64,000 nt of DNA from Candidatus Velesiimonas alkalicola. GTDB taxonomy: Bacteria; Omnitrophota; Gorgyraeia; Velesiimonadales; Velesiimonadaceae. A program made the translations under genes and the position numbers. The stretch is taken from contig NDHX01000002.1 in NCBI GenBank assembly GCA_013626165.1, positions 64,639 to 128,638 of the forward strand, written 5' to 3'. The notes under the pieces were generated by a model. That model was not told the origin of the DNA, made no database searches, and saw only the letters and a program-made list of their open reading frames with translations. Positions 38,533-49,088 of the stretch are shown here, in pieces. Every line of letters begins with the position of its first letter. Position 1 is the stretch's first letter.

Positions 38533-39816
38533 TTAAAAGGTTGGGCAAATATATTCTATTTCCCCATCCGCTATGGTAAGAATAATCTTACCCTTCAGTG
38601 TCCAGCCAAGCCAGGGAGAGTTTATGGATTTTGAAAATATTGTGCTTCTTTTAACTTCCCATACATCATCAGGGTCAAATACAACAATATCTGCCCTTGA
38701 GCCAATACTCAAATGACCGGCATCTATACAAAGTATCTTTGCAGGACCAAGACTCATCAGTTCAACAAGCCTCCTGTAATCTATCAGTTTTGTATGAACC
38801 ATATAAGTATAGATAACACTTAACGCTGTTTCAAGCCCTATTATTCCAAAAGGTGCATTATCAAATTCAACCTCTTTCTCCTCTTGCGTATGAGGTGCAT
38901 GGTCGGTCGCAATGGCATCAATTGTGCCATCAATAACTGCTTTTCTTAACTGTTCTCTATTTTTTATATTTCCTATCGGAGGATTGACCTTAAGGTTTGT
39001 ATTATAATCAAATAAATCCTCATCGGTAAATGCAATATAATGCGGGGATGTTTCGCAGGTCAGGGACAACGATTTTGCCTTCGCCATTTTTATAAGTTCT
39101 ATTGAAATGCTCTTACTTATATGACATAGATGAAGCCTGCATCCTGTTTTTCTTAAAAGTTCTATATCCCTTGCAACCATTATACTTTCGCTTTCTGCAG
39201 GAATCCCTTTCAGTCCAATTTTTGTGCTGATGTATCCCTCACTCATTACACCATCTGCAGACAAGGTTCTATCCTCACAATGTTCAAATATCGGAACATC
39301 AAACATCCTTGCATATTCCATTGCTCTTCTGGCAAGAGATGCATTCTGGATACAATTCCCATCGTCTGATAGCGCTGATATGCCTGCCTGTCTTAAAAGA
39401 CCTATCTCACTTAATAGCATACCTTCTCTTTTTTGGGTTATACAACCTGCAACACAGAGCCTTATGTTGCTTTTGTGTTTTGCCTCCTCTATTATTGACC
39501 GGACAATTTCCTGCTCATCAATGGGAGGATTTGTGTTCGGCATACAGGTTATTGTTGTCCAACCTCCGTGTGCCGCTGCTTTTAAACCGCTTTCTATTGT
39601 CTCCTCATCTTCCCTCCCCGGCTGTCTTAAATGTGCGTGTAGATCAATAAGCCCTGGAAACACAATCTTGCCTTTTGCATTTATCACTTTTGCATCATCA
39701 CAGGTAATGCCTTTCTTGACAGACGCTATCACACCATCTTTTACAAGAATATCCAGTGTGTTGTCTATATTATTTTTTGGATCTATAACCCTGCCGTTTC
39801 TTATCAGTATCTTCAT
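38533..39816 (-). CDS. pyrC: Dihydroorotase (type I)
   Basis: IDLHAHLRQPG, MPNTNP, SDDG, HCED, KVNPP, ATDHAPH, GIIGLET. Confidence 0.95.
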   Translation of the reverse strand: MKILIRNGRVIDPKNNIDNTLDILVKDGVIASVKKGITCDDAKVINAKGKIVFPGLIDLHAHLRQPGREDEETIESGLKAAAHGGWTTITCMPNTNPPIDEQEIVRSIIEEAKHKSNIRLCVAGCITQKREGMLLSEIGLLRQAGISALSDDGNCIQNASLARRAMEYARMFDVPIFEHCEDRTLSADGVMSEGYISTKIGLKGIPAESESIMVARDIELLRKTGCRLHLCHISKSISIELIKMAKAKSLSLTCETSPHYIAFTDEDLFDYNTNLKVNPPIGNIKNREQLRKAVIDGTIDAIATDHAPHTQEEKEVEFDNAPFGIIGLETALSVIYTYMVHTKLIDYRRLVELMSLGPAKILCIDAGHLSIGSRADIVVFDPDDVWEVKRSTIFSKSINSPWLGWTLKGKIILTIADGEIEYICPTF

Positions 39817-39903
39817 ATCTTTCCCATTTAAGTTGTCTTAATGCTATCTAATGTTCACACCGGAGTTAATTTCAGAAGTTATGTGTAGGGTTGTGCAAGG
39901 TGC

Positions 39904-40785
39904 TTAGGTTATAATAAACTGAAGTTTTTTCTGTCGCAAAGCATTCTGATGCCTTTTTTTAGGACTATATCTTCCTGTAAATTCACCCTTCTCTTTTCTT
40001 TCTTTGAAAGTTTTTATTACAATATGTTTGGACATCTCTTCTTTAACAAATTTTAACTCGCTTTCATAATTCTTTAACCTATTTTCTATAAATTTAATAT
40101 ATTCTTCAGAGATTTCTATACCAATATAATCGCACCTCAATATTTTTGCTGCTATTAAAGTTGTTCCGCTTCCGCAATAAGGATCAAGCACTACTCCTTT
40201 TTTTTCATCCATTGTTGAAGAAATTGCTCTAATAGGTAATGCTAAAGGGAAAGGAGCAGGATGAGGATTTTTTCGTTCAGGGGAAAATCGCCAGATTGAT
40301 GTTAATAATGCATGTTTAGGTTTTAATTCTTCACCTATTAATTTCTTTTCTTTCGGTTTGTAAAGCCAGTATATTCTTTCTTCTACCTGCCAGAATCTCC
40401 ATCCCCTGATATTAGCCGCAATCATTCTATCCCAAATTATTTCTTGCCTGATTAGCCATTTTGTTTTTCTCAACCAATCTACAGGATGAAACATCTCACC
40501 CCTTTCCCACCTTATTTTATGATTGTAGAAAAATGACCCACCAGGTTTAGTAATTCTAAAAATTTCATTCAATACCACTATTTGATTTTTTTGGTATTCA
40601 TCTTCGGGCAATTTATCAGTCACTCCTGAATACTTTACATTTTTTACCAACCAACCTTTCTTGTTTTCGCCTTTATTGTATGGTGGTGATGTTACTCCAA
40701 CATCAACAACTTCATCAGGTAGACTCTTTAAAACAGTTAAAGCATCCCCTTGAATTATTTTATTTAAATATTCTTTTGGGTTCAT
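39904..40785 (-). CDS. Beta-class amino-DNA methyltransferase (probably N4-C)
   Basis: TSPPYN (motif IV) precedes HPAPFP and DPYCGSGTT (motif I). Confidence 0.92.
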   Translation of the reverse strand: MNPKEYLNKIIQGDALTVLKSLPDEVVDVGVTSPPYNKGENKKGWLVKNVKYSGVTDKLPEDEYQKNQIVVLNEIFRITKPGGSFFYNHKIRWERGEMFHPVDWLRKTKWLIRQEIIWDRMIAANIRGWRFWQVEERIYWLYKPKEKKLIGEELKPKHALLTSIWRFSPERKNPHPAPFPLALPIRAISSTMDEKKGVVLDPYCGSGTTLIAAKILRCDYIGIEISEEYIKFIENRLKNYESELKFVKEEMSKHIVIKTFKERKEKGEFTGRYSPKKRHQNALRQKKLQFIIT

Positions 40786-41492
40786 TTTGTCATTCCCTCT
40801 AAAAACTCGTAAAAACCCTTAGAAATACATGGTTCATATTTTGCTAATTCAGTTTTATTTAAAAGATGGACAATTTTTAAATTTGGGCTTTTGATAAAAT
40901 CTTTGTAATCAAAGTCAGCACTTCTTAAAAATTGCCCTTTCGTGCTTTTACTTCCTTTTAATTTCCTCTGCCATTTCTGTATTTTTATTTCCAAGTTTTT
41001 CACAAAATCAGGAGAGTTAAACAGAAATTCAATAATATAAATCAGTTTGCCGTCTACAAATCCACTTACTAACAAATTTAAATCTTTTTCCTTTTTATCC
41101 CTTTCTAATCTTGCTGGTGTATAATCAGTAAAATTCCCCCCACCATTTAATTTTGCTGGACTTGTTTTCCTTTCTCCTTTCTTATATTTTTCAAACTCCT
41201 CGGTATCAAAATTTTTAGGTTTTGCTTCGCACTTGACTGTCTTCCCTGCTGTATAGGAATCTTGCTTAAATCCGTTATATCCAATTTTACCTTCTTTGTG
41301 TTTATATCCTGCCAAACTCACTGTTATAAATTCCCTAATTGTTGAAGAATTTTTATCATTTATATACATTGTTAATAAATCAAGTAGTATTCCAATGAGG
41401 GTGTCTTTAGATTTGCCTATCAAGTAATTGTTTAATTCTTGATGAGTTCCTGTGGAATAGATTTTTATAATATTGACAAGCTCCTGATTCAT
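40782..41492 (-). CDS. Putative type II restriction endonuclease
   Basis: ATGA overlap with the MTase; ExK-like CEAKPKN; very AT-rich; no housekeeping motifs. Confidence 0.65.
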   Translation of the reverse strand: MNQELVNIIKIYSTGTHQELNNYLIGKSKDTLIGILLDLLTMYINDKNSSTIREFITVSLAGYKHKEGKIGYNGFKQDSYTAGKTVKCEAKPKNFDTEEFEKYKKGERKTSPAKLNGGGNFTDYTPARLERDKKEKDLNLLVSGFVDGKLIYIIEFLFNSPDFVKNLEIKIQKWQRKLKGSKSTKGQFLRSADFDYKDFIKSPNLKIVHLLNKTELAKYEPCISKGFYEFLEGMTK

Positions 41493-41581
41493 TTTATTCC
41501 ATACTCATTTTTTAATACTAACCAGTTTGTGCTTTAAAGATCCCCTTCTACACTTTCCCCTGCCCGCCGCCTACTATTTTT

Positions 41582-42508
41582 TTATCTTACTCCTGCTATC
41601 AGAAAAAGAACAGCCATCCTTACCGCAACACCGTTTGTTACCTGTTCAAGTATAACAGAATACTTTCCATCCACAACATCAGATGTCAGTTCAATTCCTC
41701 TATTGACAGGGCCCGGATGCATTATAAGAATATCAGGTTTTGCCCATTTCTGAAGTTTTTCAGTATCTAGACCAAAAAACCTCTGATACTCTCTTATAGA
41801 TGGGAACAGCCCCATACCTTGTCTTTCCGTCTGTATTCTTAACATATTCACAACATCTGCATTGCGAACCGCCTGCTCAAGAGAGTTTGTCAAACAGACA
41901 CCCATCTTTTGTATGTCACAAGGAATAAGTGTTGAAGGTCCACACACTGTTACATTTGCACCCAATTTTGTAAGCCCCCATATGTTAGACCTTGCAACTC
42001 TTGAATGTTCTATATCACCCACAATGCTTATATTTAGTCCTTTTACCCTTCCTTTTTTCTCTTTTATTGTATAAATATCAAGAAGTCCTTGTGTCGGATG
42101 TTCATGCGAACCATCTCCTGCATTTATCACCCCTTGTTTAAGTACACTTGCAACCATCTTTGCCGAACCACAGGATGGATGTCTTATTACAATAAGGTCT
42201 ATTTTCATAGCCTCAATATTTTTTACGGTATCTATGAGTGTTTCACCCTTATTTACACTTGATGTTGAGGAAAAAAAATTTATTGTATCTGCGCTTAACC
42301 TTTTTTCTGCAAGTTCAAATGATATTCTTGTTCTTGTGCTTGATTCAAAAAAAAGATTTACAATTGTCAATCCTTTCAAGGCTGGAACTTTTTTAATCTG
42401 TCTTAGTGAAACCTCTTTGAAGGAATCTGCTGCCTGTAAAATAAGTTCTATCTCATCAGGACTTAATTCTTCAAGCCCCAGAAGGTCTTTCCTTCTCCAT
42501 TTTGCCAT
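41582..42508 (-). CDS. pyrB: Aspartate carbamoyltransferase catalytic subunit
   Basis: [42 protein letters not shown]. Confidence 0.97.
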   Translation of the reverse strand: MAKWRRKDLLGLEELSPDEIELILQAADSFKEVSLRQIKKVPALKGLTIVNLFFESSTRTRISFELAEKRLSADTINFFSSTSSVNKGETLIDTVKNIEAMKIDLIVIRHPSCGSAKMVASVLKQGVINAGDGSHEHPTQGLLDIYTIKEKKGRVKGLNISIVGDIEHSRVARSNIWGLTKLGANVTVCGPSTLIPCDIQKMGVCLTNSLEQAVRNADVVNMLRIQTERQGMGLFPSIREYQRFFGLDTEKLQKWAKPDILIMHPGPVNRGIELTSDVVDGKYSVILEQVTNGVAVRMAVLFLIAGVR

Positions 42509-42511
42509 GCT

Positions 42512-43063
42512 TTATTCTCCTTCAAGCAACACCTCATCAACACCATCAATCTCTTTAAGTTTTACCTGAATAACCTGACCGATTTTTGTTTGTATTTTTT
42601 TACCCATATAATCAGCCTGTATGGGAAGTTCTCTTAACCCCCTGTCTATAAGAACGGCAAGCTGAATAGTTTTGGGTCTTCCAAAATCCATAATCGCGTC
42701 CATAGCGCTTTTTATTGTTCTACCGGTAAAAAGAACATCATCAACCAGTATAATGTTTTTGTTGTATGTATCAAAATCTATCTCGGTTTTTTTTACTACG
42801 GGCCGGTTTATTTCGTATAACGAAACCGTGCTTTTTGGGACAAGTGTAAGGTCGTCCCTGTAAAGCGTTATATCAAGTCCACCGACAGGAATTTTAAATT
42901 CTGTCTTCTTAAAAGTTACATCGGCAAGCCTTTGGGCAAAAGGGAGTCCTCTTGTTTTTATACCAACAAGAGCAACTTTTTGAATATCCTTGTTTTTATA
43001 AATAATCTGGTCTGATATATCCAGAATCCTATTTTTTATATCCTGCTCATCCATTATTTTCAT
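42512..43063 (-). CDS. pyrR: Pyrimidine regulator / uracil phosphoribosyltransferase
   Basis: GIKTRG, LDITLYRDDL, LVDDVLFTGRT, DRGLRELPI; ATG 43063 behind GGGAG. Confidence 0.95.
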   Translation of the reverse strand: MKIMDEQDIKNRILDISDQIIYKNKDIQKVALVGIKTRGLPFAQRLADVTFKKTEFKIPVGGLDITLYRDDLTLVPKSTVSLYEINRPVVKKTEIDFDTYNKNIILVDDVLFTGRTIKSAMDAIMDFGRPKTIQLAVLIDRGLRELPIQADYMGKKIQTKIGQVIQVKLKEIDGVDEVLLEGE

Positions 43064-43100
43064 ATACTCCCACTCTAACATGCCCGCAATATTTTGTCAA

Positions 43101-44534
43101 TTAAATATAAAAAGGTATCGCTGTTATTTTTTTACACCATTCTAACGCATGTTTTCTTGTTTTTATTTTTCCCTGTATCTGCATATCCTGTATCTTCTTT
43201 AATACCTGCCCTATTACAGGTCCTTGTTTCAGCCCCATACTTAAAATATCCCTTCCTCTTAAAAACGGCTCTATCATCTTTTTTTCTGTATCATAATAAC
43301 CCGAAACAACTCTTTGTAAAAATTTCAAAACTTTTTTTGCCTGTAGCGGTTTTATACTTCCTAAATCAGAAACAGAGACAAGGCATAAGCCTATTATATC
43401 CGGTCCTGCATCTTTGAAAAATCTTCTTATTCCTTTTTTTGGAAAATTCAGTTCGGCAAGATGACCGGCCCTCATATGCATTTTAACAAGCATCTTTAAA
43501 AGATACCTTTCATCATTAGATAGTTTAAATCTTTTGCTTATAATCTGACAGTATTTTTCACCCGTGGATTCATGCCCATAAAATGTGTATCCTTTGCCTT
43601 TCCTGTACTTTCTGGTATCCGGCTTTCCTATATCATGAATAAGGATTGCAAATCTTAAAATCCAGCCTTTTTTTTCAAGATATACATCAATTTTTTTTTT
43701 AAGAGTTCCTTTTAATGATAAGACAAGATTATCAAAATATTTTAATGCTTCTATAGAATGCTTCCATACAGATAGTCTGTGAAATCTTCCCCCTTTTATC
43801 TTTCTTAATTTTATAGATTCAGGAAGTAAAACATTCCAGGCGCCCATCTCTGTCATATCATTCATAGTTGAGTAGGTCTGTTTTGAGCCAAACAGCCTTA
43901 ACAATTCCTGACGGATCCTTTCTGCCGGAATATCCTTAATTTTGTTTAGCGCTCTTTTTGCAAGAATTTTTGTTTTTTTATCTATCAAAAGACACTGACT
44001 TGAACCTATTGAAAAAAGCCTTATGATTCTTACAGGGTCTTTCAAGAACGCATCCTCACGAGGAACTTTTAACAAGCCCTTTTTTATATCCTGTAGCCCA
44101 CCGGTTGTATCAATAATATTACAGGAAGGAAATTCAACGGCAATTGCATCTACCGTAAAGTCTCTTCTTTTTAAGTCCTGTTCAATACTTTCTTGATATT
44201 CTGTAACATCAATACAAAAATTGTTCATCCAGCCTTTTCTTAAAAGGTTAGAAGGGGCAGGGCCCGGAGGCGGAAAAGGAATGCGGTATGTGGTTGGATT
44301 TTTCCCAAGATAAACAATATGTGAGTTTAAAATTTTGGAAAGGTTTTTTGAAAAAAGACACGCATTTATATTTACCACAATATCTACATCAAGTATAGGT
44401 ATTTTTTTTAAGAGCATATCACGAACTGCTCCGCCTACAATATACACAGAATCTACACCTGAGGTTTTTTTTGCTTTTTTAAGGGCTTGGAAAACTTTGC
44501 GGGGGAGAAACTTATTCAAATCCAAAAAATGCAT
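43101..44534 (-). CDS. Class II tRNA nucleotidyltransferase with HD domain (probably CC-adding type)
   Basis: VGGAVRD, DVD, RRDFTVDA, DPVRIIR, ERIRQEL, HDIGKP. Confidence 0.88.
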   Translation of the reverse strand: MHFLDLNKFLPRKVFQALKKAKKTSGVDSVYIVGGAVRDMLLKKIPILDVDIVVNINACLFSKNLSKILNSHIVYLGKNPTTYRIPFPPPGPAPSNLLRKGWMNNFCIDVTEYQESIEQDLKRRDFTVDAIAVEFPSCNIIDTTGGLQDIKKGLLKVPREDAFLKDPVRIIRLFSIGSSQCLLIDKKTKILAKRALNKIKDIPAERIRQELLRLFGSKQTYSTMNDMTEMGAWNVLLPESIKLRKIKGGRFHRLSVWKHSIEALKYFDNLVLSLKGTLKKKIDVYLEKKGWILRFAILIHDIGKPDTRKYRKGKGYTFYGHESTGEKYCQIISKRFKLSNDERYLLKMLVKMHMRAGHLAELNFPKKGIRRFFKDAGPDIIGLCLVSVSDLGSIKPLQAKKVLKFLQRVVSGYYDTEKKMIEPFLRGRDILSMGLKQGPVIGQVLKKIQDMQIQGKIKTRKHALEWCKKITAIPFYI

Positions 44535-44540
44535 TGTACC

Positions 44541-44939
44541 TCATACCTCTAGGGAGTTTTGAAGCACATATTCTTCTGCAAATATAGGAGATTTCATACG
44601 AAGAGCAATGGCAAGTCCGTCACTGGGCCTTGTATCAATTACCACTTCTACATCTTCTTTATTTTTAAATACAAGTTTTGCATGGAAGGTTCCGTTTTCA
44701 ATCTTATCAATAATAAGCTTTTCTAATTTTATTTTAAATTTTTCTATCATAGATTTTATCAAATCATGTGTCATAGGTCTCTGGTACTGCACATCATAGA
44801 TGTTATCGTATATAGCCCTTGCTTCATTTATACCTATTACTATTGGTAATATCTTTGTGCCGGATTTCTCTTTCAGGACAACCACCTGCTCCAACCTTGT
44901 TTCATCTATCTGTATTTGAAGAAGTTTCATCTCAATCAT
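44541..44939 (-). CDS. Bifunctional nuclease family protein (DUF151)
   Basis: LPIVIGxxEA, RPMTHDL, DTRPSDGLAIA. Confidence 0.9.
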   Translation of the reverse strand: MIEMKLLQIQIDETRLEQVVVLKEKSGTKILPIVIGINEARAIYDNIYDVQYQRPMTHDLIKSMIEKFKIKLEKLIIDKIENGTFHAKLVFKNKEDVEVVIDTRPSDGLAIALRMKSPIFAEEYVLQNSLEV

Positions 44940-45031
44940 ATTACCTTCTTCTGTACACGAGCCCGCCCTACAACCCCATTTTATCTTATCAAAATTTAAT
45001 CCACACCAGATAGTCTATGGAGGAAGGAAAG

Positions 45032-46288
45032 TTATGTTCCCCTCTCCCATGATATAAGATACTTTTCCTGTTCTATGGTTAGTCTATCGCATTCTATGCC
45101 CATAGTTTTTAATTTTAATTGTGCAATTATTTTGTCTGTGGATTCCGGAACATTGTAAACTTTTTTTTCAAGTTTGTTTTTATTTTTAACAAGATATTCA
45201 ACCGCAAGCGCCTGGTTTGCAAATGACATATCCATAACACAAGCAGGATGTCCTTCCGCAGAAGTAAGGTTTATGAGTCTTCCTTCTCCGAGGACAAATA
45301 TTCTTTTCCCACCTTTAAGTTTGTATTCTCTTACCATATCTCTAACATCTGTTTTTGAAACAGCAATTTTTGAAAGTCTGTCAAGGTCTATCTCAACATT
45401 AAAATGTCCCGAATTAGCAAGTATTGCCCCATCCTTCATAACCTTAAAATGTTTTTCTCTTAAAACACTTATATTGCCTGTAACGGTTACAAATATATCT
45501 CCTATCTTTGCTGCATTTATAGATGGCATAACATTAAAGCCATCCATAACCGCCTCTAATGCTTTTAATGGATCAGTCTCCGTTATAATCACATTTGCAC
45601 CCATTCCCCTGGCGCGCATTGCAACCCCTCTTCCGCACCATCCATATCCACATATGACAAACTGACATCCGGCAAGAAGCCGGTTTGTTGCTCTTAATAT
45701 ACCATCTATTGTGGACTGCCCTGTTCCGTATCTGTTGTCAAACAAGTGTTTTGTATTTGCATCGTTAATCGCAATAATAGGAAATAAAAGTAGGTTCTGA
45801 TTTTGAAGGTTCTTTAGTCTTATAACTCCTGTCGTTGTCTCTTCTGTGCTTCCTATAACATGCCTGGCAAGGTCTTTTCTTTTTGTATGTATTGTACTAA
45901 CTAAATCTGCACCATCATCCATTGTTATATTCGGATTTAATTCAAGTGCCTGTTCTATATGTTTATAATATGTTTCATTGTCCTCACCATTTATTGCAAA
46001 TACAGGTATGTTTTCATCTTTTACAAGTGTAGATGCTATATCATCCTGTGTGCTTAATGGATTTGATGCACACAGAACAGTTTGCGCTCCCCCATTTTTA
46101 AGCGTCTGCATAAGGTTTGCAGTTTCACTTGTTACATGAAGGCAGGCTGCAATTTTAATTCCTTTAAGCGGCTTCTCTTTTTGAAATCTCTCTTTTATCA
46201 TTTTAAGAACAGGCATATCAATGGAAGCCCACTCTGTTCTGTTTTTCCCTTTTTGTGCAAGTTTAATGTCTTTTATATGATATCTCAT
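45032..46288 (-). CDS. ahcY: Adenosylhomocysteinase
   Basis: [48 protein letters not shown]; ATG 46288 preferred. Confidence 0.97.
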   Translation of the reverse strand: MRYHIKDIKLAQKGKNRTEWASIDMPVLKMIKERFQKEKPLKGIKIAACLHVTSETANLMQTLKNGGAQTVLCASNPLSTQDDIASTLVKDENIPVFAINGEDNETYYKHIEQALELNPNITMDDGADLVSTIHTKRKDLARHVIGSTEETTTGVIRLKNLQNQNLLLFPIIAINDANTKHLFDNRYGTGQSTIDGILRATNRLLAGCQFVICGYGWCGRGVAMRARGMGANVIITETDPLKALEAVMDGFNVMPSINAAKIGDIFVTVTGNISVLREKHFKVMKDGAILANSGHFNVEIDLDRLSKIAVSKTDVRDMVREYKLKGGKRIFVLGEGRLINLTSAEGHPACVMDMSFANQALAVEYLVKNKNKLEKKVYNVPESTDKIIAQLKLKTMGIECDRLTIEQEKYLISWERGT

Positions 46289-46320
46289 TGCATTTTCCTT
46301 AAAGTTTATTAATGTATCTA

Positions 46321-47478
46321 TTATAGTCCAGCACGCTTTTTCAACATATCTGCCTTGTCGGTTTTTTCCCATGTAAAATCGGGATCATTTCTTCCAAAGT
46401 GTCCGTAAGCAGCAGTCTTTTTATAGATAGGCCTTTTTAATTTAAGGTGCTCTATAATTCCAGCGGGTGTAAGAGAAAAGTTTTCAATTATTAGTTCAAT
46501 TATTTTGCTATCCAAAATTTTACCTGTCCCAAAAGTATCCACAGAAACACTTACAGGTTTTGCAACACCTATAGAATATGCAATCTGCACCTCGCATTTG
46601 TAGGCAAGCCCTGCTGCAACAACATTTTTGGCAATATACCGTGCCATGTAACTCCCGGACCTGTCAACCTTTGAAGGATCTTTGCCCGAAAAACAACCAC
46701 CGCCATGATGGCCCATTCCACCATAGGTATCAACAATAATTTTTCTTCCTGTTAAACCTGAATCAGCCTCAGGGCCTCCAATTGCAAATATACCTGTGGC
46801 ATTTATAAATATCCTTGTATTCTTATCCATCCATCTGCCGCAGACAGGCTTTATTACCTTTTTCATAATATCTGAAACCATTTGTTTCCTACCGACCTTG
46901 GGGTCATGATGGGCTGCAATAACAATTGCATCTATCCTTTTTGGTCTATCATCTTCATATTCTACTGTAACCTGCGACTTTCCATCAGGTCTCATCCAGG
47001 GAATAACCTTTTTCTTTCTTACCTCTGCCATCTTAAATGTAAGTCCATGAGCAAGGGTAATGGGAAGCGGCATAAGATGAGGAGTTTCTTTTACTGCGAA
47101 ACCAAACATCATTCCCTGATCCCCGGCTCCTTGCTCATGTGTCTTTGTTTGTGTAACACCTACTGATATGTTTTTACTCTGTTCATGGATACTTGTTAAA
47201 ACACCACAATCGTGACAATCAAGCCCATATTCCGGATTGGTATATCCAATCTCCTTTAATGTATTTCTTACAATCGCAGGAATATCTACATAACAGGATG
47301 TTGTAATCTCTCCTGCAACCATTATAAAACCTGTTGAAGTAAGACATTCACATGCAACCCTTGCATCAGAATCTTTTTCAAGTATAGCATCTAAAATAGC
47401 ATCGGCAACCTTATCGCATATCTTGTCCGGATGTCCTTCTGTTACAGACTCTGATGTGAACAAATATTTTTTAAGCAC
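46321..47478 (-). CDS. metK: S-adenosylmethionine synthetase
   Basis: [43 protein letters not shown]. Confidence 0.98.
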   Translation of the reverse strand: MLKKYLFTSESVTEGHPDKICDKVADAILDAILEKDSDARVACECLTSTGFIMVAGEITTSCYVDIPAIVRNTLKEIGYTNPEYGLDCHDCGVLTSIHEQSKNISVGVTQTKTHEQGAGDQGMMFGFAVKETPHLMPLPITLAHGLTFKMAEVRKKKVIPWMRPDGKSQVTVEYEDDRPKRIDAIVIAAHHDPKVGRKQMVSDIMKKVIKPVCGRWMDKNTRIFINATGIFAIGGPEADSGLTGRKIIVDTYGGMGHHGGGCFSGKDPSKVDRSGSYMARYIAKNVVAAGLAYKCEVQIAYSIGVAKPVSVSVDTFGTGKILDSKIIELIIENFSLTPAGIIEHLKLKRPIYKKTAAYGHFGRNDPDFTWEKTDKADMLKKRAGL

Positions 47479-47491
47479 TTATCCTCTTGTT

Positions 47492-48655
47492 TTAAGACAA
47501 TCCAAAAATAGAGGTGCAAAATAAAGGTTGTGACACAGCCTCAATGACAGGATGAGATTTGGTTTCACCTCGTAATGACAAACCGGATTTATAAGTAGTA
47601 ATATTTACCCCAAGAAGAGCAGCAATATGAGCGGAAACTGACATTGATAACCCTTCCAAATTATAGCCCCCTTCCAATACCGAAACTATACGGCCGTTAC
47701 AGATATTCTCTGCCAGTTCTTTCAATATGGCGGTCATCTGCGCAAATCCTTCCGGTGTAAGTTGCATATCACCCAAAGGGTCATCCTTATGGGCATCAAA
47801 CCCGGCAGAAATAAAGATAAAATCCGGTTTGAATTTAATAATTTCTGGTTTCAGAATATTTTGAAAGACCTTCTGGTATGCTTCATCGCCACTGCCTGCC
47901 GGAAGTGGTACATTAAAAGTATAACCGTATCCATCCCCTGTCCCTTTCTCTTCACTTCTGCCGGAACCGGGGTAGAAAGGATATTGGTGGACCGAAAAGA
48001 AAAAGACGGTGGGGTCATCGTAAAAAGCATCCTGTGTTCCGTTGCCATGATGTACATCCCAGTCCACAATAAATACTTTTTTAAGGTTGTATTTTTTCTG
48101 TAAGTATCGTGCCCCGATAGCCACATTGTTGAACAGGCAAAACCCCATTGCTTTATCTTTAATCGCATGGTGTCCGGGGGGACGCACGGCGCAGAATGCA
48201 CTTCTTATTTTCCCACTCATAACCGCATCTATTGCTTTTAACACTCCGCCAAGAGCCAGAAGCGCCACATTAAAAGATTCCTCTGAAATGCCTGTATCTG
48301 GTGAATGCAGGTACTTTTGACCGGACTGTGAGACTTTCATTACCTCTCTGACATAGTCCGGGGAATGAATCTGGGTGATCCATTCTACATTCGCCGGCAA
48401 GGGTTTAATATGTAAAAGCTGGTGAAACAGGTTCTTCTTCCTCAATCCTTTCAGGATAGCATTAAGTCTTACCGGCTGTTCCGGATGGGTCTTTCCCGGA
48501 TTATGTGCCAGATAAAAGTCATCATAGACAAATCCTGTAGTAGGAGAGTTTTTCTCTTTCTTGAAAATAATTTCCTTCAGGGCAACAGACCAGTTTTCTG
48601 CCATCAGTTCATACCCTTTTTCATTCGGGTGTATGCCATCTTCAAGATACTCCAC
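47492..48655 (-). CDS. Histone-deacetylase-family amidohydrolase preceded by the C-terminal end of an SGNH domain
   Basis: HPE, RPPGHHA, GFCLFNN, DWDVHHGNGTQ, SAGFDAH, LEGGY; N-terminal DGIHPN. Confidence 0.9.
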   Translation of the reverse strand: MEYLEDGIHPNEKGYELMAENWSVALKEIIFKKEKNSPTTGFVYDDFYLAHNPGKTHPEQPVRLNAILKGLRKKNLFHQLLHIKPLPANVEWITQIHSPDYVREVMKVSQSGQKYLHSPDTGISEESFNVALLALGGVLKAIDAVMSGKIRSAFCAVRPPGHHAIKDKAMGFCLFNNVAIGARYLQKKYNLKKVFIVDWDVHHGNGTQDAFYDDPTVFFFSVHQYPFYPGSGRSEEKGTGDGYGYTFNVPLPAGSGDEAYQKVFQNILKPEIIKFKPDFIFISAGFDAHKDDPLGDMQLTPEGFAQMTAILKELAENICNGRIVSVLEGGYNLEGLSMSVSAHIAALLGVNITTYKSGLSLRGETKSHPVIEAVSQPLFCTSIFGLS

Positions 48656-48867
48656 GTTGTCCTTAAAAGTGTATAGTTGTCCACAAGGGGAATGGATAAT
48701 TTCTTGTTTATTCCCCTTATTTCCGGATTAATTATGTCCTTAACCCTTTTCGCTATTGATTCGGGAATACCTAAGTCCGCTTTAAGAGGAGGCACTGTAG
48801 CCAGCAGAATTTTGGGCGGTTTTGCTCGGCATAATTTATTATTAATAAACAGAATCAACTTTTCCAT
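48604..48867 (-). pseudogene. Truncated, frameshifted SGNH/GDSL domain originally fused to the HDAC domain
   Basis: KILLATVPP...IPLVDNYTL joins FKDNVEYLEDGIHPN if one base is added at the A4 run 48665-48668; no N-terminal GDS block. Confidence 0.7.
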
Positions 48868-48968
48868 ATTTACCCTGAATGACGCATCTTCTTCTTTTGA
48901 TATTACTCAATTACCTAATACAAACGTAATAAGTAAAATTACAAAAGTAAAATGACACAATTAAAAAA

Positions 48969-49060
48969 AATCCCCCTTCATCCCCCCTTTTTCAAAGGGG
49001 GAGATCCCTCACATTCCCCTCTCACCAAGAGGGTGCCCGAAAGAAAGGTTAGGGGAAATT
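48969..49060. repeat. REP-like element (TCCCCC...TTTTCAAAGGGGGA) carrying the GAGGGTGCCCGAAA unit
   Basis: tcccccttcatccccccttttttcaaagggggaga...ccaagagggtgcccgaaagaaaggttagggga. Confidence 0.65.
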
Positions 49061-49088
49061 TTATGTAAAGTAATTTAACACATTTGTA

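Noticed and set aside
39224-39841. Long antisense ORFs (for example 39224-39841, 9466-10083, 53017-53616, 34161-34622)
   Set aside because: They are shadows of well-supported genes on the opposite strand and carry no recognisable motifs
43064-43100. PyrR attenuator, or SAM/TPP riboswitches ahead of pyrR, metK and thi4
   Set aside because: Intergenic gaps are too short (about 10-40 nt) and no consensus motifs are visible
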